Shown here in pieces: positions 39,501 to 47,723 of a DNA stretch of 64,000 bases. A program made the translations under genes and the position numbers. Origin of the DNA: Bacteriovoracaceae bacterium (GTDB taxonomy: Bacteria; Bdellovibrionota; Bacteriovoracia; Bacteriovoracales; Bacteriovoracaceae). The first letter of the stretch is position 1. The number at the start of each line of letters is the position of its first letter. The notes under the pieces were generated by a model. The model was not told where the DNA came from, made no database searches, and saw nothing but the letters and a program-made list of their open reading frames with translations. Location: assembly GCA_048270185.1 (NCBI GenBank), contig JBLWTJ010000004.1:64001-128000 (forward strand), given 5' to 3'.

Positions 39501-39722
39501 TTTCGTTTCTTCTTTTACTTTATCTTCAAAAGTTTCTTCTACCTTTGAGAACAATGTTTTTAGTTCTGGAATATTACTAATGGGTGCCCAATCTCCTGTT
39601 GGAAATTTCTGAAAAAGACAGGCTTCATCTATAGCATTCTTCTGCCCTAGCTCGATTAATTCTGAAAATATAAAAGGGCCCAAAACCTTATTAGACTTGG
39701 TTTTGACACGAAACTTTATCAT
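36591..39722 (-). CDS. Large bitopic protein: GYF_2-like N-domain, acidic linker, single TM, long TPR array
   Basis: VLGPF...GDWAPI pattern; E/D-rich linker; basic stretch then LTIALFLVVAIIFLL; many TPR repeats. Confidence 0.8.
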   Translation of the reverse strand: MIKFRVKTKSNKVLGPFIFSELIELGQKNAIDEACLFQKFPTGDWAPISNIPELKTLFSKVEETFEDKVKEETKEVKYAVTDSEQKHHTLIGEEKTAFNEFKFSKDQDIAIDYDEIQEKFKAKKELEQEQEEEAGVEKTVVVNVSNLKKPVETDEIEKTVVVNNLAQELGVDEEDEEESEDGDKKEEKEPEIAEEIVEEDAATALFNLADLKKEELPSKIEDYSDLEVAIRQQERSLKKKPKKVEKLKKPKKVAQNKKRNLTIALFLVVAIIFLLPEEKKEIETVLVPKIEFPVATEIAAPQKAQVAYAEGLKLFQLDTYAGRVAAAGKFYQSLQYKFSGNPAVNKLIHVYSDLLIDTQDRYKAGQVISKLLRIEQSKLLSDIDVVIGAAQFYGYFRKYQTAIFTIERYNYLKSNKPSIKLFSVYLKFLLKAGELEKAKIVYEKLNQTKLRSVESIDAMVEYLLLNERSADALSLINENKSKFQNDFRFMIVYGELLLELEKMDLLKKVASILVAKYGGGSPYVFSQGLKFMGFIKAYEKDIQGATKLFQQSLKIYDDESLRDTLATLDVAGSDLTQKVISTSKIKVLIRQSKEEVALLNWDRAFELALRAVSLDETSIDAKLYLSELQVKRGYFDFAIKTLTKLRALHPVNPRVNYALINANIKSFKKDEAKRLLSALSTSEVFRETYEFHMLLGLYYRLISNDKMAFDKFKAAARVNPLSDIPFYEMAQIAFKNKKLKQTKIFLNDAINLNPSNIDYKILNSKVLYETDGVSTAIGYLRKELLEHKENPKLYGQIAVFYYRDQNFEAYREMKEVLDRLNKKDGALYSYLVEVSEIERNYKELVENAIKLLVYEPGNLLVREKLIITYIHLKNFNAAVKHINILEERLPTYPRINYYRSKIFFQQGNFKEAEKMAQAEIKLHPSSEYGYYILGEIYLRAKKVNEAKTNLSKAIQINKRYFDAIFSMGKLTFQTREFVPSLQFFQRANQLNSTDPELNKMMGFLYKELGQPNLAIDKFQRYLTLSPTAPDRQNIQALINQLKR

Positions 39723-39768
39723 AGCTCTATTATCTTAAGTAATTGAAATTAAATCAAACTACTTGAAT

Positions 39769-40749
39769 TTATGGAGCTTTTTGCACTTTGCCGAAAAGAT
39801 TTTGACGATAAGCGAGCGTAATAATCAACAATACCGCTGAAAGTAGTTGTAAATTAGTCAGATAACTCATGTGTAAGTAAACAACATGCCCGATTAGAAA
39901 TAAATAGAAGACATGGACAATACTCAATAACTTGGCAATCAATAATGAATGTTCACTTCGATATGAATAGATTAGTAAATATACGATTAAGAATAATTGA
40001 TAAAAACTATCCATACCAAATACAGGTAAGAATATAATTGCACTGGCAAGACAAATCGGCATGAGTTGAATTGACTGATAACGGTAATCAATCTTATTGA
40101 ATGAGAAAATAAGTTGTAAAATTAAAAACAGTAAGAAGAAATACGGCCCTAATTCAATATTTAAGTTCATGAGTCTCTGAAGAACAGAAAGACAAAAAAT
40201 ATACTGAAGAATAGATAAGTATGGTGATGACTTTTCCTTAGGAGATAACAAAGTTGTTGTTAAAACCAGAAGCACTTCAAAGAATAAATTACCAAGTTCT
40301 TGGCCCTGAAATTCCTTAACAAAGAAATATATAACGGCAATAACAATCCATGAAATATTATAGAATAAACTGTGTTGGCTCTTCTTATCAGTGTCAAAGA
40401 AACAAAATACTCCTAGTAGTAAAATGATATCAGTGACTCCGGTGAAATTCCAAATATTAAAAAGAGAAAACCAAAGTAGTGTAAAAGCTTTAAATAGGGA
40501 CCTGAGATTACCTCCACTATTTAAAAAATAAAGGGAAAAGGCTACAGAGCATACAGCAAAGTAGCTTCGATCAATTGAAGAGAAAATAAAGTCTTCGTAT
40601 AGAACATAAAATGTCGTTAGAAATGTAAATGCAAGAACCGAGTTTACTTGCTTTCGATTTAACTTTGAAACCTTACCAATTACCTGATCGACAAAGTACA
40701 TAAGAGGATAAAGCATTAGAAGGTAGTAGAAGTTAAGCTGCATGAACAA
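39769..40749 (-). CDS. Polytopic membrane protein, putative degenerate NuoN paralogue
   Basis: 326 aa, hydrophobic throughout; seventh gene of the cluster; homology inferred mainly from position. Confidence 0.45.
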   Translation of the reverse strand: MFMQLNFYYLLMLYPLMYFVDQVIGKVSKLNRKQVNSVLAFTFLTTFYVLYEDFIFSSIDRSYFAVCSVAFSLYFLNSGGNLRSLFKAFTLLWFSLFNIWNFTGVTDIILLLGVFCFFDTDKKSQHSLFYNISWIVIAVIYFFVKEFQGQELGNLFFEVLLVLTTTLLSPKEKSSPYLSILQYIFCLSVLQRLMNLNIELGPYFFLLFLILQLIFSFNKIDYRYQSIQLMPICLASAIIFLPVFGMDSFYQLFLIVYLLIYSYRSEHSLLIAKLLSIVHVFYLFLIGHVVYLHMSYLTNLQLLSAVLLIITLAYRQNLFGKVQKAP

Positions 40750-41572
40750 CCTCCACTTTCTTAGTGCTCAATAACGAATAGGCCGTCAGAAGCACTATTA
40801 ATGGTAGTAGTGTTGCTTGTCCTGTAAAAAAAGAAACAGACAGAACAATTGTAAACATAACTATATTCGAGACTAAAACAAAGAATGACGAGTCAGAATA
40901 AAGAGTTATTAACTCGGCCAGCCCTAGTAAACACAAGCAAGTTAATGTAACGGCTACAGAAGAGTTTGGATTTAGAACAAGAACCGCAAAACTAAGAATA
41001 TTCAAAGAGCTTACTAAATTCTGTTTAAAATATAGATATATAAGCAATAACGCGACAAAAGGGATAATGATTTGTAATGAATAATCAAAAGTTGCTGAAA
41101 AATTGATAAGGGAAATATACTTTATTAAGAAGAGAGTGAGAAAAATACTATTCTTCTTTGATAAAGAAATCATAACAAATGAAGTCATCACAATAATAAA
41201 ATAAATTAGTTCAACATTTTCTTTAAATACAAGGAGTGCTATTAGATTTAATGCAACAAATCCTAAAAACTTAATATTATTTAGTTTCGCAATTGAAAAG
41301 AAGGATACTGCAAAAATTAAATATGAAGGTATATTTTGTGAGGCAAACGCCAAGAGTATAAGTGGGATTGAAAAAATTAAATCTATATTCGATTGCTTTC
41401 TTGTTACAAACAAAGCCAACAAAGAACCTACAACACTAATTATATCAAACTTAAAGCTCAATGCTAATTGTGTAAAAGGTGTATAAAAGATTCGATCACT
41501 GATAAAAAATAAACCAATAAAACATGTAATAAAAGTTACAAGATATATTATGGCCTCACGACGTAATTTCAT
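40733..41572 (-). CDS. Polytopic membrane protein, putative degenerate NuoM paralogue
   Basis: 279 aa; LSFKFDIISVVGSLL resembles NuoM FYHLGIDGISLPMVLL; sixth gene. Confidence 0.45.
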   Translation of the reverse strand: MKLRREAIIYLVTFITCFIGLFFISDRIFYTPFTQLALSFKFDIISVVGSLLALFVTRKQSNIDLIFSIPLILLAFASQNIPSYLIFAVSFFSIAKLNNIKFLGFVALNLIALLVFKENVELIYFIIVMTSFVMISLSKKNSIFLTLFLIKYISLINFSATFDYSLQIIIPFVALLLIYLYFKQNLVSSLNILSFAVLVLNPNSSVAVTLTCLCLLGLAELITLYSDSSFFVLVSNIVMFTIVLSVSFFTGQATLLPLIVLLTAYSLLSTKKVEVVHAA

Positions 41573-42858
41573 GCCACCACCTTAAATATAATAACCAAAA
41601 AGTAGATTGCAATAACGATGAGACTAAACGCTCTAATCGTACGATATGAAAGAGAAAACATTGGTACTGCTATCGTACTCGAGCCAGAAGTCTCTTGCCT
41701 AGAACTAATTGGATAAGAACTAAATATCGTCTCTAAATAGCTAACTCTCTTTTGATTTCCTAGGTTTAATTTTGTTGATAACCCAATTAGCAACTGATCA
41801 AAATTGAATACAAGTCCAATATAAATAAGAGCAATCAGTAAATATGTTAAAAGAGAATATCCTACTGAACTATTATCAACTTCAAATAAAAAAGTAGAAA
41901 AGTAGAATAAACCAACACCAACAAATGATTTGAGTAGTAGACTATAAAGTAGCTCATACCATTGAAGATTAATCTTCTTCTCCACTAATGAATCGAATTC
42001 TAAAAGCAGAATTAGAAACCCCGCAATTGTTGAAAATATAATTAAAGCAATATTCTGAACTGAGTAAGATAAAGTAAATAGTCCCAGTAGAGCAATATTA
42101 GAAAATAATGAAACCGGTAAGTACTTTCTTAATATATCAACTTCTCTATTCATTAATTCTATTGATTTAATAAAGGATTTTGTAAAATAGTAAAAGGCGA
42201 TATAGGCCATTAACATATTCTCGAGATTCAAGAGAACACAAACAAGAGAAGTTAAGAGAAATACCAGCTTGAAAATGTTCTTCTTATTAACAATGAGAAA
42301 AGACAATAGAAACACTAAAAAGATAAGGAATACATTTAATGTTTGTGAAATATGTTGAATATCAGTCGTAAGAAGAAGTGAAAGAATAAGCCCATCAACA
42401 ATAGCAAATTCTTCATTTGTAGAAACTAAAGTTGAAAAAATTAAATAAGCACAGAATAAATATTTAAATGAAGCTGTTTTATCAACAAGTGTTAGAAATG
42501 CGATTATTGCAATTTTAAGAATAGGAAGAGTTCGATCTTTTATTCCATTGAAGTTAAAAAAGATACAACTGCTGAATCCAATAATCTTTAAGTTTTGCTC
42601 TATTGGTAATAATAAAATACCGTATGGCAGTAGCTCTACAATCGTACGTTTTGACTGTTCTAATATAATAAAAGAAAAAATAAACGGAAGGATTAAGTTA
42701 ATAAACCCTATTTCGATATTAGCAAGGTAAAAGCTCCCATTTAGCAATAATGGAAATAAAGCGATAAACAGTCGCGTCCAATTATTTAACTTATCTTTGT
42801 AATGAAATAATACAAGTGTCGCAAAAAATAATAGAGTTAAAATAACTTGTACTATCAT
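41569..42858 (-). CDS. Polytopic membrane protein, putative degenerate NuoL paralogue
   Basis: 429 aa, longest of the cluster; hydrophilic segment before a final TM, like the NuoL lateral helix plus last TM. Confidence 0.5.
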   Translation of the reverse strand: MIVQVILTLLFFATLVLFHYKDKLNNWTRLFIALFPLLLNGSFYLANIEIGFINLILPFIFSFIILEQSKRTIVELLPYGILLLPIEQNLKIIGFSSCIFFNFNGIKDRTLPILKIAIIAFLTLVDKTASFKYLFCAYLIFSTLVSTNEEFAIVDGLILSLLLTTDIQHISQTLNVFLIFLVFLLSFLIVNKKNIFKLVFLLTSLVCVLLNLENMLMAYIAFYYFTKSFIKSIELMNREVDILRKYLPVSLFSNIALLGLFTLSYSVQNIALIIFSTIAGFLILLLEFDSLVEKKINLQWYELLYSLLLKSFVGVGLFYFSTFLFEVDNSSVGYSLLTYLLIALIYIGLVFNFDQLLIGLSTKLNLGNQKRVSYLETIFSSYPISSRQETSGSSTIAVPMFSLSYRTIRAFSLIVIAIYFLVIIFKVVA

Positions 42859-43121
42859 TTTAGCCCCTGTCTAACACGAAATTCTTTATAAATTGAATTA
42901 ATCATTAATAAAATTGGTGCCACATATATAATTAACATAACTCCATCATTTAATGAGATTGATTCCTGTACTCTTAAATCAATCAAAAGTAGAAGAATAG
43001 TTACTACAGTAAATAATGAAAATATCTTCTTTGAAAATCTTGTCGTAAAAAGATAAACACCAAGATTAATAACAAATAATGTTGAAAGTAATGTAAATGT
43101 GTCGATATTATGCATTCTCAT
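42855..43121 (-). CDS. Small membrane protein, putative degenerate NuoK paralogue
   Basis: 88 aa, 3 TM; LNDGVMLIIY aligns by eye with NuoK NIDGNIMSLF. Confidence 0.55.
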   Translation of the reverse strand: MRMHNIDTFTLLSTLFVINLGVYLFTTRFSKKIFSLFTVVTILLLLIDLRVQESISLNDGVMLIIYVAPILLMINSIYKEFRVRQGLK

Positions 43122-43554
43122 CCCCTTCTAAGTTTACAAGTGAGATGAATGCTAGAAAGATTAAAATTACACTAAACTTAAGTACGACGGCCATATCAAC
43201 ATACGTATCAACATTGAAGTTCGTAACCAAATCAATCAAACCATTCTTTGATTTTAAGTGATAAATATCTATCGACAGTACTCCAACTGTTATCATCGTA
43301 AACAATATATAAGGGATATAACTAAATCTCTTATAACTCACTTCTGTCGTAGGGTAACAATATTCAATGATACTAAGTAAGAATATAATGATTAAGAGAA
43401 ATGTAATTAAGAAATAAAGTAGAACAATTGAAGAGAATCCAAACATACTAAGTAGTAAACCAACAATCGCAACAGGATACAGAATCATTGTATATTTCTT
43501 ACGAGCAAATGCTGCCAAAATGAATAGAGTTATAATGATTAAATTAAAAAACAC
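43108..43554 (-). CDS. Membrane protein, putative degenerate NuoJ paralogue
   Basis: 148 aa; AFARKKYTMILY vs NuoJ AVSKNLMHSCIY; DMAVVLKFSVILIFLAFI vs DHVLAFEISSILLLGALV. Confidence 0.55.
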   Translation of the reverse strand: MFFNLIIITLFILAAFARKKYTMILYPVAIVGLLLSMFGFSSIVLLYFLITFLLIIIFLLSIIEYCYPTTEVSYKRFSYIPYILFTMITVGVLSIDIYHLKSKNGLIDLVTNFNVDTYVDMAVVLKFSVILIFLAFISLVNLEGDENA

Positions 43555-44380
43555 TACTAACCTTTAATATGCACATAATTATTATAACGAGCAAACTAAA
43601 GACAGCTCTTCTCTTAGAGTTCTTAGTTATCGTTGTATAATCTCTTAATGGTTGAAACTTAATATATATATTACTTAAAACTATCAATATCGTTTGAATA
43701 AAGAATACAAAAGCTGATATTGAAAAAAGAAATAGTACGCTGGTATTAAACTTGTCTTTAAATACGACAGCAAGATCACTACGAACAAATGTTAAAGCTA
43801 AAAAGAAAAGTACTAATAAGCTTTGAAATAATAATCTAATATAAGAGCACTGAATCTTAACGTAACTTTTATCTGTGTATTGACTACCAGTTCTAATCAT
43901 CTCAAGTTCTGTTGCATAGAACAAAAGAAGAAGAGGTAGTTCAAATGCTAGTCTTATTAAAAATGAATTAGTCTGTAGTAACTTATATGTTAATACCATT
44001 GCTGTAATAATTATGAGCTGACAAATAGTTATTTGAGCTTGCTCAAGAACTTCGTGTCTTATTATAGATAAACGAAATCTGAAGACACCTAAGAACACTA
44101 CAGATATTAAAACTATTGAAAACAAGGCCAATAGAAAACTTATCTCATTTGTAATAATAAAATTGATCGATAAAATCTGACCTAAAATTAGGAAGAAGAT
44201 TAATGTAATGAAAGAGTTGAAACTTAAAGCATCAACAGAACTAACACCATTAGATGCTAATAAGTATTTCTTTAAACTTAAAACAGGTGCAAACTCTTTC
44301 GCATTAACGAATGAGCCAATTAGTTGAATAAGAATGAACCACAGTGGAAGTGCTAAAATGAGCTCCAAAACATGCCTCAA
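43544..44380 (-). CDS. Membrane protein, putative degenerate NuoH paralogue
   Basis: 278 aa; AQITICQL vs NuoH SQIISYEV; SYIRLLF vs EYIEVFV. Confidence 0.5.
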   Translation of the reverse strand: MRHVLELILALPLWFILIQLIGSFVNAKEFAPVLSLKKYLLASNGVSSVDALSFNSFITLIFFLILGQILSINFIITNEISFLLALFSIVLISVVFLGVFRFRLSIIRHEVLEQAQITICQLIIITAMVLTYKLLQTNSFLIRLAFELPLLLLFYATELEMIRTGSQYTDKSYVKIQCSYIRLLFQSLLVLFFLALTFVRSDLAVVFKDKFNTSVLFLFSISAFVFFIQTILIVLSNIYIKFQPLRDYTTITKNSKRRAVFSLLVIIIMCILKVSSVF

Positions 44381-44680
44381 TTACAAAATTAGTATTAGTA
44401 AAATTGTAACAAAGCCTGCCAGTATTGAATACGCTTCTTTATAAAAATCTAAGGTTCCTGTACCAACAATTATGACCGTCATCATTGAGATAACAGAGAA
44501 GACAATGACAAGTTTGAAAATACCTCTAATAGATTTAAGGTCATTCTTAACTAGTTTACTTTCATTATGGATCTTCTTAAATGGAGATAGAACAATTTTG
44601 GGTTTAAAAAATAAGGGGTAGCCTAAAACTACCCCTAGTATTAATGAAATGATAATTGAAGTCAGTAGTACTAATTCCAT
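44381..44680 (-). CDS. Small membrane protein, putative degenerate NuoA paralogue
   Basis: 99 aa; TM - loop - TM - TM layout; KIVLSPF vs NuoA ELKLTPY; starts 1 nt after the nuoN stop. Confidence 0.5.
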   Translation of the reverse strand: MELVLLTSIIISLILGVVLGYPLFFKPKIVLSPFKKIHNESKLVKNDLKSIRGIFKLVIVFSVISMMTVIIVGTGTLDFYKEAYSILAGFVTILLILIL

Positions 44681-44681
44681 A

Positions 44682-46157
44682 CTACTTAATTAAGAGCAGA
44701 GCTCCGTTAGCTGCAGTTAATAACTTCTGCCAGAAGATACCAAGAACAATTACTGGCACAGTGTATGCAGCGATGATTAACTGATTAACAAAACCAAAAC
44801 CAGAGATCTTCTCATCAGACTCAGAGTCTTTAAACACCATTACTCTTACAACTTTCATGTAGTAGTAAAGTGAGATTACTGAGTTAAGAGCAGTAATAAC
44901 TGCTAACACATAGTATTTCTTATCAATGATTGCCGCTAGAATATTAAATTTAGCAACAAATCCCGCAAGCGGTGGAAGACCGGCCAAAGAGAACATTGTG
45001 ATTGCCATTGTAATCGCCATTGCAGGGTGTTTTTTAATTAGTCCAGCAAAGCGATCGATATGATCATTACCGTAGTGATCTTGAACAAATGAAGCAACAT
45101 AGAAAGCGACAAGAGTCATGAAAAGGTATGTTACAGCATAGAAAAGAATTGCAGTTGTACCACTTTGTCCAAGAACAATTGCACCTAACATCATAACACC
45201 TGCGTGAGAGATACCAGAGAAAGCAAGCATTCTCTTAATTGATCTTTGACCAATTGCTGAAACGTTACCGACAGTCATTGTAAGTGCTGCAACAAACATT
45301 AGAAGAACGATCCATGAGTGTTTAAGAGCACCAACATCGCCACCAAAGAAGACCTGAGTAATTCTTGCAAAAGCAACAATCCCAGCAAACTTCGGAACAA
45401 GTGAGAAGAAAGCTGTTACAGGTAGTGGTGAACCTTCATAAACATCTGGTGACCACATATGAAATGGTACACATGCTATCTTATATCCAATACCTACGAA
45501 AAACAGTAGGAATGAAGGGATTAGAATTGCTGTTTGTTCAGTTGAAAGCTTCGCCATAAGAGGAATCATTTCAGAGAAGTTAATCGTCCCTATTGTTCCA
45601 AAAATGTGACTCATACCAAAAAGCATCATCCCGGCAGTAACACCACCGTAAAGAGCATACTTAAGACCAGCTTCAGTTGATCTCTCATCGTTCTTCTTAA
45701 GAGCTGCCATAGCGTATGACAGAATAGAAAGAGTTTCGATACCGATATAGAAGATCAGCATGTTGTTAGCAGAAGCTAGTAACATACCACCAACTAAGAT
45801 ACCAAGAGCAAGAATACTAAATTCTGCTTTTGTTCCTTCGTATAGATCTTTAGAAACCTTTGATAAGTAGATCGCACCGGCAGTACTTAAAATCATTACA
45901 ATTTTAGCAAAACCTGAGAAATGATCCATTACTACTGATTTAGTAAAGATATGCGTCGCTTCTACACCTAGGCCCTTAACTTGATAAATCAGAGCACATA
46001 GGAGTCCAAGCATTGCACCCCAGTATAACATTCCCTTCGAGCTACCCTTCTCATCATTTCCGTAAGTAGCTTCGATGAGGATTAGAGCCCCCATCGTGAA
46101 GCATACTAAAAGCTCCGGAATATAATGTGCGATACTCGCTAAATAATTTAAAGCCAT
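44682..46157 (-). CDS. nuoN: NADH-quinone oxidoreductase subunit N
   Basis: GIETLS, EAGLKY, YKIACVPFHMWSPDVYEG, IKRMLAFS and GFVAKF motifs. Confidence 0.96.
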   Translation of the reverse strand: MALNYLASIAHYIPELLVCFTMGALILIEATYGNDEKGSSKGMLYWGAMLGLLCALIYQVKGLGVEATHIFTKSVVMDHFSGFAKIVMILSTAGAIYLSKVSKDLYEGTKAEFSILALGILVGGMLLASANNMLIFYIGIETLSILSYAMAALKKNDERSTEAGLKYALYGGVTAGMMLFGMSHIFGTIGTINFSEMIPLMAKLSTEQTAILIPSFLLFFVGIGYKIACVPFHMWSPDVYEGSPLPVTAFFSLVPKFAGIVAFARITQVFFGGDVGALKHSWIVLLMFVAALTMTVGNVSAIGQRSIKRMLAFSGISHAGVMMLGAIVLGQSGTTAILFYAVTYLFMTLVAFYVASFVQDHYGNDHIDRFAGLIKKHPAMAITMAITMFSLAGLPPLAGFVAKFNILAAIIDKKYYVLAVITALNSVISLYYYMKVVRVMVFKDSESDEKISGFGFVNQLIIAAYTVPVIVLGIFWQKLLTAANGALLLIK

Positions 46158-46172
46158 CTCTTCACCTATTGA

Positions 46173-47705
46173 CTAGAAAGTCGCTAATAATGAAACTAGT
46201 TGTCCTACAGAAGCCTTCATCATGTCTAGTAATGGAGTTGGGTAAATACCAAACACGATTACGGCCACACATAGTGGGAGCATGTAGAAGATTTCTCTAG
46301 CATTCATATCTGTATATGATTTGTTTTCTTCAATAACTTCACCAAAGAACATTCTCTTGAACATCCATAGTAGGTAAGCAGCACCAAGAAGAAGACCAAT
46401 AACTGCAAGTACAGTAATTGTTGTAAATCTGTTGTAGATCCCTAGGAAAATTAGAGCTTCTGAGATGAAACCTGAAAGACCTGGAAGACCCATTGATGCA
46501 AACATCGCGATAATGAAAACAATCGAGTACTTTGGAAGTTGTGTATAAAGACCACCAAAACCTTTTGTTCCATCTGGTCTGATAATCCATCTGTGGTGTG
46601 ATCTTTCATAAAGAATACCAATAAGAAGGAACATCATTGCAGTTGAAGTACCGTGGTTGAACATCTGAAGAACAGCACCGTTCATACCTTGTACAGTCAT
46701 TGCAGCAAGACCTAGCATTACAAACCCCATGTGAGATACAGAAGAGTATGCAACTAACTTTTTAACGTCTGTTTGTGCCATTGCACAGAATGCACCGTAA
46801 ATTACGTTAATTAAACCTAACCATGCGATTGCGTCAGCAAAGTAAACTGAAGCTGATGGGAAGATTGGGAATGCAATTCTTAGGAAACCATAAGTACCCA
46901 TCTTAAGTAGTACACCGGCAAGGATAACTGAGATCGCTGTTGGTGCCTGAACGTGTGCGTGTGGTAGCCATGTGTGGAATGGAAATACCGGAACTTTAAT
47001 TGCGAAACCGATGAAAAGTGCTACGAAGAATACTTTTGCAAATGGAAGCGCCATTCCGAATAAGTTAACTGTTTCGTTTACAAACTTACCACCTGAAAGT
47101 GCTAAGATATTGAATGAGTCAACTCCTTGACCAGTTACGAAGTATAGAGCAACCATACCAACTAGCATTAGGATTGAACCAAAGAAAGTATATAAGAAGA
47201 ATTTAACAGCTGCGTATTCTCTGTTTTCACCACCCCAAATACCAATTAGGAAGAACATTGGGATTAGCATTACTTCCCAGTAAACATAGAAAAGGAAGAA
47301 GTCTAATGAAAGAAAAACACCAAATACAGTCGACTGAAGCATTAGTAGTAATGCGAAGTAACCTTTAACTTGCTTTTTTACTGTCCATGAAGAAAGAATA
47401 CAGATTGCAAAAAGCAGTGAAGTTAAAAGGACCATTGGTAATGAAATACCGTCAATACCTAAGTGGTAGAAGATATTAAATTGTGAAATCCAAGCTTTCT
47501 TAATAGTAAACATTTCCTGCATACCTGGGACAGAAGTGTCGAATTTTAAGTATAGACACCCTGTTAAAACCATAGTGATCACAGTATTGATTAATGACCA
47601 TACTCTGATCGCAGTTTCTTTGGCCTTAGGTAGTAAAAGTACCCCAAGAACACCAATCATAGGCATCCACAGAATCCAACTTAATAGATTAGAATGTGCG
47701 CTCAC
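46173..47705 (-). CDS. nuoM: NADH-quinone oxidoreductase subunit M
   Basis: GIDGIS, YWEVML, IKVPVFPFHTWLPHAH, LLKMG and GFISE motifs. Confidence 0.97.
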   Translation of the reverse strand: MSAHSNLLSWILWMPMIGVLGVLLLPKAKETAIRVWSLINTVITMVLTGCLYLKFDTSVPGMQEMFTIKKAWISQFNIFYHLGIDGISLPMVLLTSLLFAICILSSWTVKKQVKGYFALLLMLQSTVFGVFLSLDFFLFYVYWEVMLIPMFFLIGIWGGENREYAAVKFFLYTFFGSILMLVGMVALYFVTGQGVDSFNILALSGGKFVNETVNLFGMALPFAKVFFVALFIGFAIKVPVFPFHTWLPHAHVQAPTAISVILAGVLLKMGTYGFLRIAFPIFPSASVYFADAIAWLGLINVIYGAFCAMAQTDVKKLVAYSSVSHMGFVMLGLAAMTVQGMNGAVLQMFNHGTSTAMMFLLIGILYERSHHRWIIRPDGTKGFGGLYTQLPKYSIVFIIAMFASMGLPGLSGFISEALIFLGIYNRFTTITVLAVIGLLLGAAYLLWMFKRMFFGEVIEENKSYTDMNAREIFYMLPLCVAVIVFGIYPTPLLDMMKASVGQLVSLLATF

Positions 47706-47723
47706 TGTAACTCCTTAATTCGC

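Noticed and set aside
39769..44680. Reading the hydrophobic cluster as pseudogenes or foreign AT-rich DNA
   Set aside because: All seven frames are open and tightly coupled to each other and to nuoN over ~4.9 kb, with no mobility genes; this is not expected of decaying DNA.
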